From: Thermoplasmata archaeon | GTDB taxonomy: Archaea > Thermoplasmatota > E2 > JACPAO01 > JAHFTW01 | DNA: 64,000 bases | Reading direction: 5' to 3' | Assembly (NCBI GenBank): GCA_034667725.1 | Contig: JAXDQS010000006.1 | Location: 1 to 64,000 of the forward strand | Part shown: positions 27,591-38,083 of the stretch, one piece after another | Numbering within the stretch: position 1 is the stretch's first letter | Layout of the letters: each line of letters opens with the position of its first letter | The notes under the pieces: model-generated | What the model was told of the DNA's origin: nothing | Seen by the model: the letters and a program-made list of their open reading frames with translations, nothing else | The model's database searches: none | Translations under genes and position numbers: made by a program

Positions 27591-28559
27591 CTACTGCTCA
27601 AGCTCCAGCAGCGACTCCGCGGCCAGCCGCACCGCCTGCGCCGAGGTGTGCTTGGGCGTCCAGCCCAGCGTCCGCAGCGCGTCGATGGCGAGCCCCATCA
27701 CCTTGACGTCCCCGGTCCAGCCGCCGCCGTCCTTGGTGCCGCCGGTGAAGCGGTGGGCGGGGCGGACGCCGAGCACCTCCTCGACGATGCGGGCGAGCTC
27801 GACGACCGTGATGGCGTCGAGGCTGCCGATGTTGAACGGGTGCGACGCGCCGGGCTTGGCGGGGACGCGCGCGACGGCGTGCAGCATGGCGTCCACGGTG
27901 TCCTCGACCGAGACGTAGGACTTGGTCTGCTGGCCGTCGCCCAGGATCTCCAGCACCTTGGGGTCGGCGCGCAGCTTGCGGGTGAAGTCGACGATGACGC
28001 CGTGGGTGCTGCGGGGGCCGACGACGTTGGCGAAGCGGAACAGGAACGCCTCCATGCCGTAGGTGGCGGCGTGGGCGCTGGCCATGGCCTCGCACGCGAG
28101 CTTGGCGCCGCCGTAGACGCTGATGGGCAGGAGCGGGCCGTAGGACTCCGGCGTCGGGATTGTGGACGCGGTGCCGTAGACGGTGCTGGTGCTGGTGAAG
28201 GCGAGGTGCTGGACGTCGTGGCGCCGCATCCCTTCGAGGACCTGCCAGGTGGCGGCGGTGTTCTCGCGGTAGTGGGCGCCCGGGTCGCCGGCGCCGCTGC
28301 GGACGTCGGGGTTGGCGGCGAGGTGCCAGACCGAGTCGGTGCCGGGCAGGAGGCGGTCGAGGGTGGCGGGATCGGCGCAGTCGCCTTGGACGAACGCGAT
28401 GCGGGCGCGGGAGCGGGCGAGGAACTGCTCGCTGCCGGCGCTCAGGTTGTCGAGGACGGTGACCTTGGCGCCGTCGGCGACGAGGCGGTCGACGAGGTGG
28501 CTGCCGATGAAGCCGGCGCCGCCGGTCACGAGGACCTTCTTGCCGCGCGCCCAGGTCAT
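27591..28559 (-). CDS. NAD-dependent epimerase/dehydratase (GalE-like)
   Basis: [30 protein letters not shown]. Confidence 0.93.
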   Translation of the reverse strand: MTWARGKKVLVTGGAGFIGSHLVDRLVADGAKVTVLDNLSAGSEQFLARSRARIAFVQGDCADPATLDRLLPGTDSVWHLAANPDVRSGAGDPGAHYRENTAATWQVLEGMRRHDVQHLAFTSTSTVYGTASTIPTPESYGPLLPISVYGGAKLACEAMASAHAATYGMEAFLFRFANVVGPRSTHGVIVDFTRKLRADPKVLEILGDGQQTKSYVSVEDTVDAMLHAVARVPAKPGASHPFNIGSLDAITVVELARIVEEVLGVRPAHRFTGGTKDGGGWTGDVKVMGLAIDALRTLGWTPKHTSAQAVRLAAESLLELEQ

Positions 28560-29212
28560 GGCTTCTTCACCACGAAGGCGCGGTGGTCCTGCTCGAACGG
28601 CTCCAGGTCCACCTGGGACAGAATCTGCAATCCGGCGGCCTTGAGCTGGCCTTCGACGTTGGCGTAGGTCTGCGTCAGCGTGGCGCTCACCGAGATGCTG
28701 CGCGACTTGACGACCAGGATGCCGAGCCCGCCTTGACGCAGGAACGGCAGGTTGCGGAGGAAAATCTCGACCTGGTGGCGCTGGGCGATGTCCTGCACCA
28801 CGACGTCGACGGGGCGCGCGATGTAGGCCGCGTAGCGGGCGGGCTCGCCGGCGTCGGCCAGGATGGGGACCACGTTCTTGCGCGGCTCGACGTTCCACAA
28901 GAGGTCGCGGACGCTGCGGGGCGAGAACTCGACGGCGAACACGGTGCCGGCCGTGATGTCCGACAGGTGCGACACCGTGGTGCCTGACGCGGCGCCGAGG
29001 TAGAGGATGTCGTCCTTGCCGCCGAACCAGGGCGTGTCGGGGCGGTTGCGGACCAGGGCCGCGAGCTTGCTGCGGAACGGGTTCCAGTTGCGGTACTCCT
29101 TGGCGCCGGCCTTGCGCAGCCGTTCGCCGTAGACCGCGTGGCCCGGCACCTTGTTCTCGGTCCAGAGGAAGCCCTTGTCCTCGTAGCACCCGAACGCTTG
29201 CAGGCCGCGCAC
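28556..29212 (-). CDS. flpA: Fibrillarin-like rRNA/tRNA 2'-O-methyltransferase
   Basis: [38 protein letters not shown]. Confidence 0.96.
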   Translation of the reverse strand: MRGLQAFGCYEDKGFLWTENKVPGHAVYGERLRKAGAKEYRNWNPFRSKLAALVRNRPDTPWFGGKDDILYLGAASGTTVSHLSDITAGTVFAVEFSPRSVRDLLWNVEPRKNVVPILADAGEPARYAAYIARPVDVVVQDIAQRHQVEIFLRNLPFLRQGGLGILVVKSRSISVSATLTQTYANVEGQLKAAGLQILSQVDLEPFEQDHRAFVVKKP

Positions 29213-30430
29213 TCAGCCACCTCCCCGGCCGGGCGGGCGCGCCGGCGCGTTGTCGGAGCGGAACGCGCCCTGCGGCTTCTTCTTCCACGGCCGGCGGTCG
29301 GGCCCGTCGCGGGGCGGGCCGCCGGGGCCAGGGCCGTCCCGAGGCGGCGGCGCGCGGGGCGGGAAGTCCCGTGGCGCGTCGCGCGGCGGCGGCGCGCGGG
29401 GACCGTCCCGCGGCGGGTAGGACCGGGGCCCGTCGCGGGGCGGGAACGAGCGCGGACCGTCGCGCGGCGGCCCGCGGCTCGGGCCCCGTTGCGGGAACGC
29501 CGGGCGGCCGCCCTTCTGGCGCGGGTCGAAGCGGGGGCGCGGCGCCGGCTTGCGCTTGGCGATGCGCTCCATGTCGGCCGCGAGCTGCTTGGCAAGGAAG
29601 TCGCGGAGGTCGTTCTTGGTGAAGGCGTCGGCCTTGGCGCCCGTGGCGGCGGCGAGGGCGAGGGCGCGGGCAACAGCGCCGCGGGACCACGGCGGGGCCT
29701 GGTGGACCGACGGGTGCTGGAACAGGATGCCGTGCTTGGGCGGGCGGGTCCCCTCCTTGAGGTGGCGGAACAGCGCGGTCTCGGCGCCCAGCAACTGCAC
29801 CGTGCCGGAAGGCCAGGTGGCGAGGCGGGTGAGGCCGCCGGAGATCGCGATGAGGCGGGCGCCCAGGACGGGGCCGACGACGCTCGCGACGTTGGGGGCG
29901 ACGGTCGCCATGAGGTCGGTGACGCGGGCCTCGAGGCTGCGCCAGGACTCGTGGACCGCCTTGAGGGCGCCGGCGAAGCCTTGCAGGACGGCGAGGTCGG
30001 CGGGGTCGAGGTCGGTGCCGAGGCTGGTGGTCGCGGCGGTGGCCATGTCGAGGGCGGCCATGACGGCGGTGCGGTCGCCTTGGTCCGCGACCAGGCGGGC
30101 CAGCTGCTCGGCGTCGGGGACGGCGCGGGTGGCCTCGGGAGCGTGCAGGGCATACCACTCGCGCAGCCGCTCGACGAGGAGGTTGGCGGTGCGCACGAGG
30201 TCGTCGATGGCGCGGACCTCCTGGGCGAGGATGCGGTCGGCCTCGGCGTGCGACTGGGCCAGCTGGGTGCGGGCGCGCAGCAACGCGGCCTGGTGCAGCA
30301 CGGCCATGTCGGTGCCGGGCGGGAGGGCCACGGGCTCGAACTTCAGGGTCCCGGGCTTGCCGTGCTCCTCCAGGTAGGCGGCGACGGCTGCGGCGTCGGG
30401 GGCACGGTCGGTCCACACCGGGCGGGGCAC
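29213..30430 (-). CDS. nop5: C/D-box RNP protein Nop5 with a PPRDGP-repeat tail
   Basis: ERLREWY, APN, GARLI, PSGTVQLLGAE.ALFRHL, PPKHGILFQHP; directly upstream of flpA. Confidence 0.94.
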   Translation of the reverse strand: MPRPVWTDRAPDAAAVAAYLEEHGKPGTLKFEPVALPPGTDMAVLHQAALLRARTQLAQSHAEADRILAQEVRAIDDLVRTANLLVERLREWYALHAPEATRAVPDAEQLARLVADQGDRTAVMAALDMATAATTSLGTDLDPADLAVLQGFAGALKAVHESWRSLEARVTDLMATVAPNVASVVGPVLGARLIAISGGLTRLATWPSGTVQLLGAETALFRHLKEGTRPPKHGILFQHPSVHQAPPWSRGAVARALALAAATGAKADAFTKNDLRDFLAKQLAADMERIAKRKPAPRPRFDPRQKGGRPAFPQRGPSRGPPRDGPRSFPPRDGPRSYPPRDGPRAPPPRDAPRDFPPRAPPPRDGPGPGGPPRDGPDRRPWKKKPQGAFRSDNAPARPPGRGGG

Positions 30431-30481
30431 AGCGCAGCCACGGCCCCGACCGCTTTAAGGGAGTGGTCCCTGACAGAGGGC

Positions 30482-30679
30482 GTGGAGGAGGCCCGCGCCA
30501 AGTGGCTGTTCGCGCTGCTCTTGTGCCCGGCGTGCGGGCTGGGGCTGCTCTGGAGCCTGGGCGGCGCGGGGCTGGGGGCGGCGTTTGCGGCCAACGGCTG
30601 GGTGGTGGCCGGCATCGTGGCGCTCGTGGCGGGCGTCGTCGCCGCGTTGGTCGTGCGCCGGCGCCGGCGGGCGTGCTGA
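30482..30679 (+). CDS. Small 2-TM protein with CPAC motif (loosely MerC/MerT-like)
   Basis: LLLCPACG, two hydrophobic segments, poly-Arg tail; CTTTAAG ~25 nt upstream. Confidence 0.6.
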   Translation: MEEARAKWLFALLLCPACGLGLLWSLGGAGLGAAFAANGWVVAGIVALVAGVVAALVVRRRRRAC

Positions 30680-31659
30680 TTCAAGTCCGGCCCCGGCCTG
30701 CCGCCCCCGTGGACCTGCGGACGACCGTCACTGGCGTCGCCTTCGCCAACCCGCTGCTTTTGGCCTCGGGCATCCTGAACGAGACGGGCGCCAGCATGGC
30801 GCGCGCGGCCCGCGAGGGCGTCGGCGGCGTCGTCACGAAGTCCATGAGCCTCCAGCCGCGCACGGGCCACGCCGGCCCGAACGTCGTCGAGGTCGAGGGC
30901 GGCCTGCTGAACGCGATGGGACTGCCCGGCCCCGGGCTCGACCATTTCGCCGAGGAGGTCGCGGTCGCGAAGAAGGGCGGCGCGGTGCTGGTCGGCAGCG
31001 TGTTCGGCGGCACCGCGGAGGAGTTCGCGGAGGCGGCGCGCAAGATGGCGGCGCTCGGCACGCCCGCGTTGGAGCTGAACGTCAGTTGTCCGCACGCCAA
31101 GGGCTACGGCTCCGAGATCGGCTGCGACCCGGCCCGCTTGTCCGAGGTGGTGCAGGCCGTCAAGGCCGCCGTCCAAGTCCCGGTCTGGGTCAAGCTCACG
31201 CCCAACACCGACAACGTCGCGCGGCTGGCGAAGGTGGCCGTCGAGGCGGGCGCGGACGCGTTGGTGGCGACGAACACCCTGAAGGCCATCACCATCCACC
31301 CGGAGATGCGGCGGCCGGTGCTGGGGAACCGCGTCGGCGGCTTGTCCGGCCATGCGTTGAAGCCGGTCGCGCTGCGGGCGGTCTGGGACTGCCATGCCGC
31401 CGGGCTGGGCGTTCCGATCGTCGCGAGCGGCGGCATCTACACCGCGCGGGACGTGGTGGAGTATGCGTTGGCAGGCGCCAGTGCGTTCCAGGTCGGCACA
31501 GCCGTCATGCACGAGGGATGGGGCGTGTTCCGGCGGATTGCAGGCGACCTGACGGCCTGGATGGAGGCCGAGGGCGTGGGGTCGCTGGAGGAGATTCGCG
31601 GCGCGGCGCACACGGCGGGGGCGCCGGTGCTGTCGAAGCAGGTGGGGACGGCGGGCTGA
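30673..31659 (+). CDS. pyrD: Dihydroorotate dehydrogenase, class 1
   Basis: NPLLLASG, LNAMGL, LNVSCPH, VKLTPN, GGLSG, SGGI. Confidence 0.95.
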   Translation: MLIQVRPRPAAPVDLRTTVTGVAFANPLLLASGILNETGASMARAAREGVGGVVTKSMSLQPRTGHAGPNVVEVEGGLLNAMGLPGPGLDHFAEEVAVAKKGGAVLVGSVFGGTAEEFAEAARKMAALGTPALELNVSCPHAKGYGSEIGCDPARLSEVVQAVKAAVQVPVWVKLTPNTDNVARLAKVAVEAGADALVATNTLKAITIHPEMRRPVLGNRVGGLSGHALKPVALRAVWDCHAAGLGVPIVASGGIYTARDVVEYALAGASAFQVGTAVMHEGWGVFRRIAGDLTAWMEAEGVGSLEEIRGAAHTAGAPVLSKQVGTAG

Positions 31660-31662
31660 GCC

Positions 31663-34413
31663 CTACTTCTTCTGCCGTTCCTCAAGCACCGCGTGCGCCG
31701 CCGCCAACCGTGCAATGGGAAGCCGGTACGGCGAGCAAGACACGTAATCAAGGCCAGTCCGGTGGCAGAACTTCACCGAGTCGGGGTCGCCGCCGTGCTC
31801 GCCGCAAATCCCGACCTTCAGTTGCGGGCGCGCCTTGCGGCCTTTCTGGGTGCCCATCTCTACGAGCTGCCCGACGCCGGACTGGTCCAGCGTGGAGAAC
31901 GGGTCGGCGGGGACGATCTTGTGCTCCAGGTAGTGGCCCATGAAGGTGGCGGCGTCGTCGCGGCTGACTCCCAGGGTCGTCTGGGTGAGGTCGTTGGTGC
32001 CGAAGCTGAAGAACTCGGCGTTGCCGCGGGCGGGGTCGGCGATCTCGTCGGCCGTCAAGGCGGCGCGGGGCAACTCGATCATGGTGCCGACGAGGTAAGG
32101 GACCTCGATGCCTTGCTCGGCGAACACCTTGCGGGCCTCGTCGCGCACGCGGGTCTCCTGGTGCTTGAACTCGGAGGCGTGGCCGACGATGGGAATCATG
32201 ATCTCGGGCTTGACCTGGATGCCGTCGCGGGCGACGGCGCAGGCGGCCTCGAGGATGGCGCGGGCTTGCATGCGGGTGATCTCGGGGTAGGTGATGCCGA
32301 GGCGGCAGCCGCGGTGGCCGAGCATGGGGTTGGCTTCCCGGAGGCTCTCGATGCGGTCCCGCAGCTCGGGCAGGCCGATGCCCATCAGGAGGGCCATCTG
32401 GCGTTGCTCGCGCTCCTCGTGGGGGAGGAACTCATGGAGCGGCGGGTCGAGCATCCGGATGGTGACGGGCTTGTCGCCCATGGCGCGGAAGATGCCCTCG
32501 AAGTCGGCGCGCTGGAGCGGGAGGATTTGCTTGAGGGCCTCCTCGCGCTCGGGGCGGGTCTCGGCGAGAATCATCTCGCGCATGTGCTCGATCTTGCCGG
32601 GCCCGAAGAACATGTGCTCGGTGCGGCACAGTCCGATGCCTTCGGCGCCGAACGCGATGGCGGTGTCGGCCTGGTCGGGCTGGTCGGCGTTGGCGCGGAC
32701 GCGGAGCTTGCGGACGCCGTCGGCCATCGTGAGCAGGCGGTCGAACATGCGGTAGACGGGCGCCTCGGCGGGGGCGAGGGTCTTGTCGACCAGGACCTGG
32801 ACGACTTCCGAGGGGAGGGTGGTGACCTTGCCGAGGATGACCTCGCCGGTGAAGCCGTCGATGGAGAGCCATTCGCCCTCGCGCACGAGGCGGTCGCCGA
32901 CGGCGAAGGCCTTGGCGCGCTGGTCGATGCGCAACGTGGAGCAGCCGGCGACGCACACCTTGCCCATCTGGCGGGCGACGAGGGCGGCGTGGCTGGTCAT
33001 GCCGCCGCGGGCGGTGAGGAAGCCCTCCGAGGCGTGCATCCCGTGGATGTCCTCGGGGCTGGTCTCGTCGCGCACCAGGATGACCTGCTCGCCCTTGCGG
33101 CGCCACTCGACGGCGTCGTCGGCGGTGAACACGACGCGGCCGGTGGCGGCGCCGGGGCCGGCGTTGAGGCCCTTGGCGAGGATGCGGTGGGCCTTGACGG
33201 CGGCCTCCTTCTCCTTGGGGCTGAAGATGGGGCGCAGCAGCTGGTTGAGCTGGTCGGGGGCGACGCGCAGCAGGGCCTCCTCGGGCTTGAGGATGCCTTC
33301 GTCGATCATCTCGAGGGCGATGCGGACGGCCGCGAACCCGGTGCGCTTGCCGGTGCGGGTCTGCAGCATGTACAGCTTGCCCTTCATCACGGTGAACTCG
33401 ACGTCCTGCATGTCGCGGAAGTGGCCTTCGAGCTTCGCGGCGATGGCGAGGAGCTCCTTGTGCGCGGACGGGATCTCGTCGCCGAGGTGGGTGATGGGGC
33501 GCGGGGTGCGGATGCCGGCGACGACGTCCTCGCCTTGGGCGTTGCGGAGGAACTCGCCGTAGAACACCTTCTCGCCGGTGGAGGGGTCGCGGGTGAAGGC
33601 GACGCCGGTGGCGCAGTCGTCGCCCATGTTGCCGAACACCATCATCTGGACGTTGACGGCGGTGCCCATCTCGTGCGGGATCTTGTTGAGGTCGCGGTAG
33701 GTGATGGCGCGCTTGTTGTTCCACGACTGGAACACGGCCTCGATGGCGAGCTTGAGCTGCTCCTTGGGGTCCTGGGTGAACGGCTTGCCGGACTTCTCGC
33801 GGATGTAGGCCTTGTAGTCCTCGCAGAGCTGCTGGAGCGCCTCGGCGGGGACCTGGGTGTCGCGGTCGGTGCCGAGGCGGGCCTTGGCGGCCTTGAGGCG
33901 GTCCTCGAAGCCGTGGTGGGGCAGGCCCAGCACGACGTCGCCGAACATGGTGAGGAAGCGGCGGTAGGAGTCGTAGGCGAAGCGCGGGTTCTGGGTGAGC
34001 TTGGCAAGCCCCTCGACGGTGGCGTCGTTGAGGCCCAGGTTCAGCACCGTGTCCATCATGCCGGGCATCGAGATGGCGGCGCCGGAGCGCACCGACACCA
34101 AGAGCGGGTTCTGGGGGTCGCCGAAGCGGGCGCCGGCCTTCTTCTCCAGGGCGGACAGGGCGGTCCAGATCTCCTGCTCAAGGCCCGGCGCGAACTGCTT
34201 GGCCTTCTGGTACTCGATGCAGGTCTGCGCCGTGATGGTGAAGCCTGGCGGGACCGGGAGGCCGATGCGGCTCATCTCGGCCAGGTTGGCGCCCTTGCCG
34301 CCCAGGGTCGCCTTCATGCTGGCGTTGCCCTCCTCGAAGGCGTAGACCCGCTGCCCCATCGGGGCCTGGATGGCGGTCGTCGCGGCGGCCTTCTGGACCG
34401 GGCTGGACTTCAC
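31663..34413 (-). CDS. ppdK: Pyruvate, phosphate dikinase
   Basis: LGGKGANLAEM, VSVRSGA, GGMTSHAA, GIGLCRTEHMF, FSFGTNDLTQ, GICGEHGGDP. Confidence 0.98.
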   Translation of the reverse strand: MKSSPVQKAAATTAIQAPMGQRVYAFEEGNASMKATLGGKGANLAEMSRIGLPVPPGFTITAQTCIEYQKAKQFAPGLEQEIWTALSALEKKAGARFGDPQNPLLVSVRSGAAISMPGMMDTVLNLGLNDATVEGLAKLTQNPRFAYDSYRRFLTMFGDVVLGLPHHGFEDRLKAAKARLGTDRDTQVPAEALQQLCEDYKAYIREKSGKPFTQDPKEQLKLAIEAVFQSWNNKRAITYRDLNKIPHEMGTAVNVQMMVFGNMGDDCATGVAFTRDPSTGEKVFYGEFLRNAQGEDVVAGIRTPRPITHLGDEIPSAHKELLAIAAKLEGHFRDMQDVEFTVMKGKLYMLQTRTGKRTGFAAVRIALEMIDEGILKPEEALLRVAPDQLNQLLRPIFSPKEKEAAVKAHRILAKGLNAGPGAATGRVVFTADDAVEWRRKGEQVILVRDETSPEDIHGMHASEGFLTARGGMTSHAALVARQMGKVCVAGCSTLRIDQRAKAFAVGDRLVREGEWLSIDGFTGEVILGKVTTLPSEVVQVLVDKTLAPAEAPVYRMFDRLLTMADGVRKLRVRANADQPDQADTAIAFGAEGIGLCRTEHMFFGPGKIEHMREMILAETRPEREEALKQILPLQRADFEGIFRAMGDKPVTIRMLDPPLHEFLPHEEREQRQMALLMGIGLPELRDRIESLREANPMLGHRGCRLGITYPEITRMQARAILEAACAVARDGIQVKPEIMIPIVGHASEFKHQETRVRDEARKVFAEQGIEVPYLVGTMIELPRAALTADEIADPARGNAEFFSFGTNDLTQTTLGVSRDDAATFMGHYLEHKIVPADPFSTLDQSGVGQLVEMGTQKGRKARPQLKVGICGEHGGDPDSVKFCHRTGLDYVSCSPYRLPIARLAAAHAVLEERQKK

Positions 34414-34557
34414 GGCGCGTCCACCCCGCGGACCTGTAAAAGGGCGCTGGGGCGTAACCTGGCCCCTTCCAGAAGAAACGGTTCCCGGCCGTCGCGCGCC
34501 GACATTTAAGGACTTGGCCGCAAGTGCTTAAATCCCAGGCCGTGCCCAACCCGGTCG

Positions 34558-35541
34558 ATGAGCCGCCTTGCCCCCTCTGTCGCCGTGCTTGGGCTCGCGA
34601 TGCTGCTGCTGGCCCCCGGCGCCCAGGCGTTGGCGGCGCCCCAGCTCTACTTCCTGCGCGACCCTGACCCGCAGGCCCCCGTCGTCCCCACGCCGGCCGG
34701 CCCCGTCGGCGGCGGCAACCCCGTCCTGGACGGCATCCTGCTGCGCTACACGGTCCAGCCGGACAACCGCCCCAACGCGACCACCGCGCAGACCCGGCTG
34801 GTGCTGCCCGCAACAGACGCCGCGGCCCCGGTGAAGTTCACCTCCTCCGGCGACATCGGCGCCCAGGCCCGCATCAAGGGCTCCCCGCTCATCGGCATCT
34901 GGGCCGGCGCCTCCGCCGTCGCGCACGGCAACCTCACCGTCATCCTGTACGAGTCGCACGAGGACGGCACCCTGCGCAGCCTGACCGAGGCCACCTTCAA
35001 CCTGGACGTGGACTACAACAAGACGCCGGACCCCGCCCTGCTGGTGCCGCCGGTGCCGACCGTGGACCCCGCCAACCCGCAGAACGCCGCCCTCCAGGCC
35101 GTGTTCTACGAGTACGCACAGCTCGCGCCGTTCCTGTTGAAGGCCCCGCTGTGGAAGTTCCTGCCCCCGCTCGACACCACCTTCAACGCCACCAGCCAAC
35201 TGGTGCTCGCCTTCCGCCTCGACCCGGCCCCCGGCGACGTCCCCACGCCAGCCCCGCTGCCCTTCCCGATCACCGATCCGCCCGCCCCCGTCGCGGCGTT
35301 CGCCCAGCTCGAGTACTTCGCGGCCGCCAAGCCCAGCTTCGTGCTGGTCCCCTGGGCCGCGCCGGACCCCGAGAAGCCGCCCGTGCAGCCGCCCTCGACC
35401 TCCAGCTCCACCAGCCGCCCACTCACCTCGAGCGGCGGCACGGGGCCGGCCGGCGAGAGCCAGGCCTCGCCCGCCCCGCTCGCGTTCGCGGCGGTGGCGG
35501 TGGCGGCCCTGCTGGCGCGCGCCCGCCGCAAGACCCGCTGA
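34558..35541 (+). CDS. Secreted Pro-rich surface protein with C-terminal anchor
   Basis: Signal peptide, Ser/Thr linker, SPAP-hydrophobic-RARRK tail. Confidence 0.8.
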   Translation: MSRLAPSVAVLGLAMLLLAPGAQALAAPQLYFLRDPDPQAPVVPTPAGPVGGGNPVLDGILLRYTVQPDNRPNATTAQTRLVLPATDAAAPVKFTSSGDIGAQARIKGSPLIGIWAGASAVAHGNLTVILYESHEDGTLRSLTEATFNLDVDYNKTPDPALLVPPVPTVDPANPQNAALQAVFYEYAQLAPFLLKAPLWKFLPPLDTTFNATSQLVLAFRLDPAPGDVPTPAPLPFPITDPPAPVAAFAQLEYFAAAKPSFVLVPWAAPDPEKPPVQPPSTSSSTSRPLTSSGGTGPAGESQASPAPLAFAAVAVAALLARARRKTR

Positions 35542-35574
35542 CAACCCCCAACCGGGGCGCCCTGGGGCCGCCGT

Positions 35575-36198
35575 TCACCCGGCCCTGGGGTGTTCCAGGG
35601 GGATTTCGACGATCTCGGGCAACCCCTCGCCCAGCGCAAGCCGGCCTTCCGCCGCGGCCACGACGTCGCGGTCGCTGGAGGTGGCCGGGTGGCGCGGGCC
35701 CAGCAGGTCGCACAATTCGGGGCCGACGCTGGTGTCGTGCGAGCCCCACGCCTTGGCGAGCCGGATGATGTCGGTCTTGTCGAGGCCGAGCACGGGCCGG
35801 AGCACGGGGCGCTTGGCCGCCGCCTCCAGCGTCACCAGGTTGGAGAGCGTCTGGCTGCTCACCTGGGCGAGGTTCTCGCCGGTGGCGATGGCGTCCGCGC
35901 CCACTTGGTCCGCAAGCGCGTCGGCGAGCCGGTAGAACAGCCGCTTCTGGAGAAGGAAGTAGTAGCGGTGCGCGTCGCGGTCGTGCGGGATGCGGCCCAG
36001 CGTCTCGCCGATGCGCGCCACCCACAGCCGGGACAGCCCCATCTGGCGAGCGAGCACCTCGGCCTTGCGGACGGAGGCGTCGTCGGTGACCGGCTCGAAG
36101 CTGCAATGGAGCGCCTCCAGGCCGACGCCTTGGCGCAGCAGCATCCGGCCAGCTACGGGGGAATCGAAGCCGCCGGAGAGCAGAAGGACCGCCTTCAC
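35575..36198 (-). CDS. thiI: ThiI-like PP-loop sulfurtransferase, catalytic domain only
   Basis: LLSGGFDSPVA, TGENLAQVSSQTLSNL, RPVLGLDK..II; no THUMP domain. Confidence 0.85.
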   Translation of the reverse strand: MKAVLLLSGGFDSPVAGRMLLRQGVGLEALHCSFEPVTDDASVRKAEVLARQMGLSRLWVARIGETLGRIPHDRDAHRYYFLLQKRLFYRLADALADQVGADAIATGENLAQVSSQTLSNLVTLEAAAKRPVLRPVLGLDKTDIIRLAKAWGSHDTSVGPELCDLLGPRHPATSSDRDVVAAAEGRLALGEGLPEIVEIPLEHPRAG

Positions 36199-36268
36199 GG
36201 GCCGTGCGACGGGGTGGGCGACTTCAGGCCTTGCCTTCGCTCGGGCCGGCCAAGGTTCCCGCAGAGGG

Positions 36269-36538
36269 TCTGTGGAATTTGTTGCTGGCCCGCCAGGCCC
36301 AAAGCCAGGGTTCTGTGGAATCTGTGTCCACTCGGCGGCCCCGCGACCAGCACTGATTTCCCCAGATTCAGAAGATTCCCACAGAACGTCTGTGGAATCT
36401 GTGTCCAGTCGGCGGCGCGCGACGAGCACTGATTTGCACAGATTCGGAAGATTCCCTCAGAGATCTGTGGAATCTGTGTCAGGGGGCGCTCTGTGGAATC
36501 TGTGTCCAGGTGGGGCGCTCTGTGGAATCTGTGTCCAG
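36269..36538 (-). repeat. Mosaic intergenic repeat array, reverse orientation (A-A-A-B-A-B-A-C)
   Basis: Five TCTGTGGAATCTGTGTC copies, two reverse B modules and one C module. Confidence 0.92.
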
Positions 36539-36551
36539 GGGTCCGTAGAAT

Positions 36552-36908
36552 CTAAGGCTCCTCGGTCCGCTCGACCCCGAAGCTGACCTTCAGGTTGACC
36601 TTGTACTCCAGGATTTCGCCGTCGCGGCACTTGACGCTCATGCCCTCCACCGACGCGCCCGTGATGCCCCGGGTGGTCTCGCGGGCGTCCTCCAGGCAGT
36701 TCTGGATGGCGCGCTCGAAGGAGTCGGTGCTGCTGCACACCAGCTCGACGATCTTGGCGGTGCGGTGGGCGTGGACCTGCCCCTCGCCGCTGCCCCAGGA
36801 GGAGTCCGTCATGCGGTCCTGCTCGGCGGTGGTGGCGCCGGCGCGGCGGCCGGTGGAGCGCTCGCTGGAGCGGCTGTTGTTGCTGTTGCTGCGGGAGTTG
36901 CGGGCCAT
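36552..36908 (-). CDS. Dodecin-family protein with disordered N-terminal extension
   Basis: KIVELVCSSTDSFERAIQN...DGEILEYKVNLKVSF. Confidence 0.85.
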   Translation of the reverse strand: MARNSRSNSNNSRSSERSTGRRAGATTAEQDRMTDSSWGSGEGQVHAHRTAKIVELVCSSTDSFERAIQNCLEDARETTRGITGASVEGMSVKCRDGEILEYKVNLKVSFGVERTEEP

Positions 36909-37023
36909 GGGTTGCACCAGGCCGGCAGCATGGGCGCGGCGCTTTGGAAGGCCGCCTTCGCGGCAACCGCCGGCGCGCGGCCCGCGGCGACGGGTTTTAG
37001 GGGGCGCCGCCGTCGGCGCGGCC

Positions 37024-37293
37024 GTGACGCTGCTGCGGCCGTGCGCCACCTCCGCGGGCTTCACCGCGACCCCGGAGCCGCTGCGTCGCGTCGACATGCG
37101 CCGGCTGAAGGCCGCGCTGGCGGGCGCCGGCTACACGGTGGTGGTGGACGCCAGCATCATCCTCATCGTCCGCAAGGGCGTCGAGTCGAGCTGCTACGAC
37201 AACGGCAAGGTGCTCCTCAAGACCACCGACCGTGAGGCGGCGGAGCGCGCCTACGCGGAGCTTGCGCCGCTGGTGCAGGCCGCGTCGCGCTAG
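37024..37293 (+). CDS. Small hypothetical protein
   Basis: Host-like codons; LRPCATS..YDNGKVLLKT; GTG start inferred. Confidence 0.65.
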   Translation: MTLLRPCATSAGFTATPEPLRRVDMRRLKAALAGAGYTVVVDASIILIVRKGVESSCYDNGKVLLKTTDREAAERAYAELAPLVQAASR

Positions 37294-38051
37294 AGCGTGG
37301 CGGCGCCGCGCCAGCCGGGCGCCGGGTCGCGCTCGCCGTAGAGGTAGGTCACGGTGGCCTCGCCGGAGGAGCCGTCGGCCTCGACGACGGCGTGGGTGCG
37401 CTGGAGGCGGGCGTCGCGCACGACGGCATCGAGCGGCACGGTGCGGTCGCCCTCGGTGGCGTCGTAGGTGGCGTGGATGGTGCCGTCGCGCTGCCATTGG
37501 GCGTCCTTGAGCGCCATGCGGGGGAAGCTGCGGTCGCCGGAGACGGCGGTCAGCTCGGCGGCCAGGCGGGGGTTGTCGGCCAGGACGCGCTGGACGGCGG
37601 CGCGGAACGCCTCGGCGTCGGCGGGCGCGGGGCGGCAGGCCGCGACGGGGTTGGCGGTCTCGGCGTCGGCGTCCTTCAGCCCGAGGCCTTCGCCGTCGGC
37701 CACGCGCACGACGACGCGCTCGGGCGTGCAGGCGATGGCGATGCGGGCGGCCTGCGCGGCGGCGGTGAGGTTGCCGCCTTCGCCCTCGAGCCGGGTGTAG
37801 CGCAGCGTCGTCGTCCAGGCGTCGCCTTGGTGGTAGACGGTCTCGCCCTCGACGCCGATGCGCACCGCGGGGTCGTCGAGCCGCAGCACGACGAGCTGGG
37901 CGCGGGCGGCGCCGCCGGGGCCGAGCGCCTGCTCGGTGGCGGCCGGGGCGGCCGAGGCCTGCTCGCGGGCGAACGCGGGCGACGGCGACAGGCAGCCGGC
38001 CAGGAGGAGGGCGGGCACGAGGGCGAGGGCGGCGAGGCGCACGCTCCCCAT
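37290..38051 (-). CDS. Lipoprotein of unknown function
   Basis: MGSVRLAALALVPALLLAGC lipobox. Confidence 0.78.
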   Translation of the reverse strand: MGSVRLAALALVPALLLAGCLSPSPAFAREQASAAPAATEQALGPGGAARAQLVVLRLDDPAVRIGVEGETVYHQGDAWTTTLRYTRLEGEGGNLTAAAQAARIAIACTPERVVVRVADGEGLGLKDADAETANPVAACRPAPADAEAFRAAVQRVLADNPRLAAELTAVSGDRSFPRMALKDAQWQRDGTIHATYDATEGDRTVPLDAVVRDARLQRTHAVVEADGSSGEATVTYLYGERDPAPGWRGAATL

Positions 38052-38083
38052 GCCGCGCCGGCTCCCTTCAGGCTTGCGCTCCC

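Noticed and set aside
5566-34413. Autotrophic 3-hydroxypropionate-type carbon fixation from carboxylase, CitE, MaoC and PPDK
   Set aside because: No malonyl-CoA reductase or other diagnostic enzyme in the window; catabolism explains the genes more simply.
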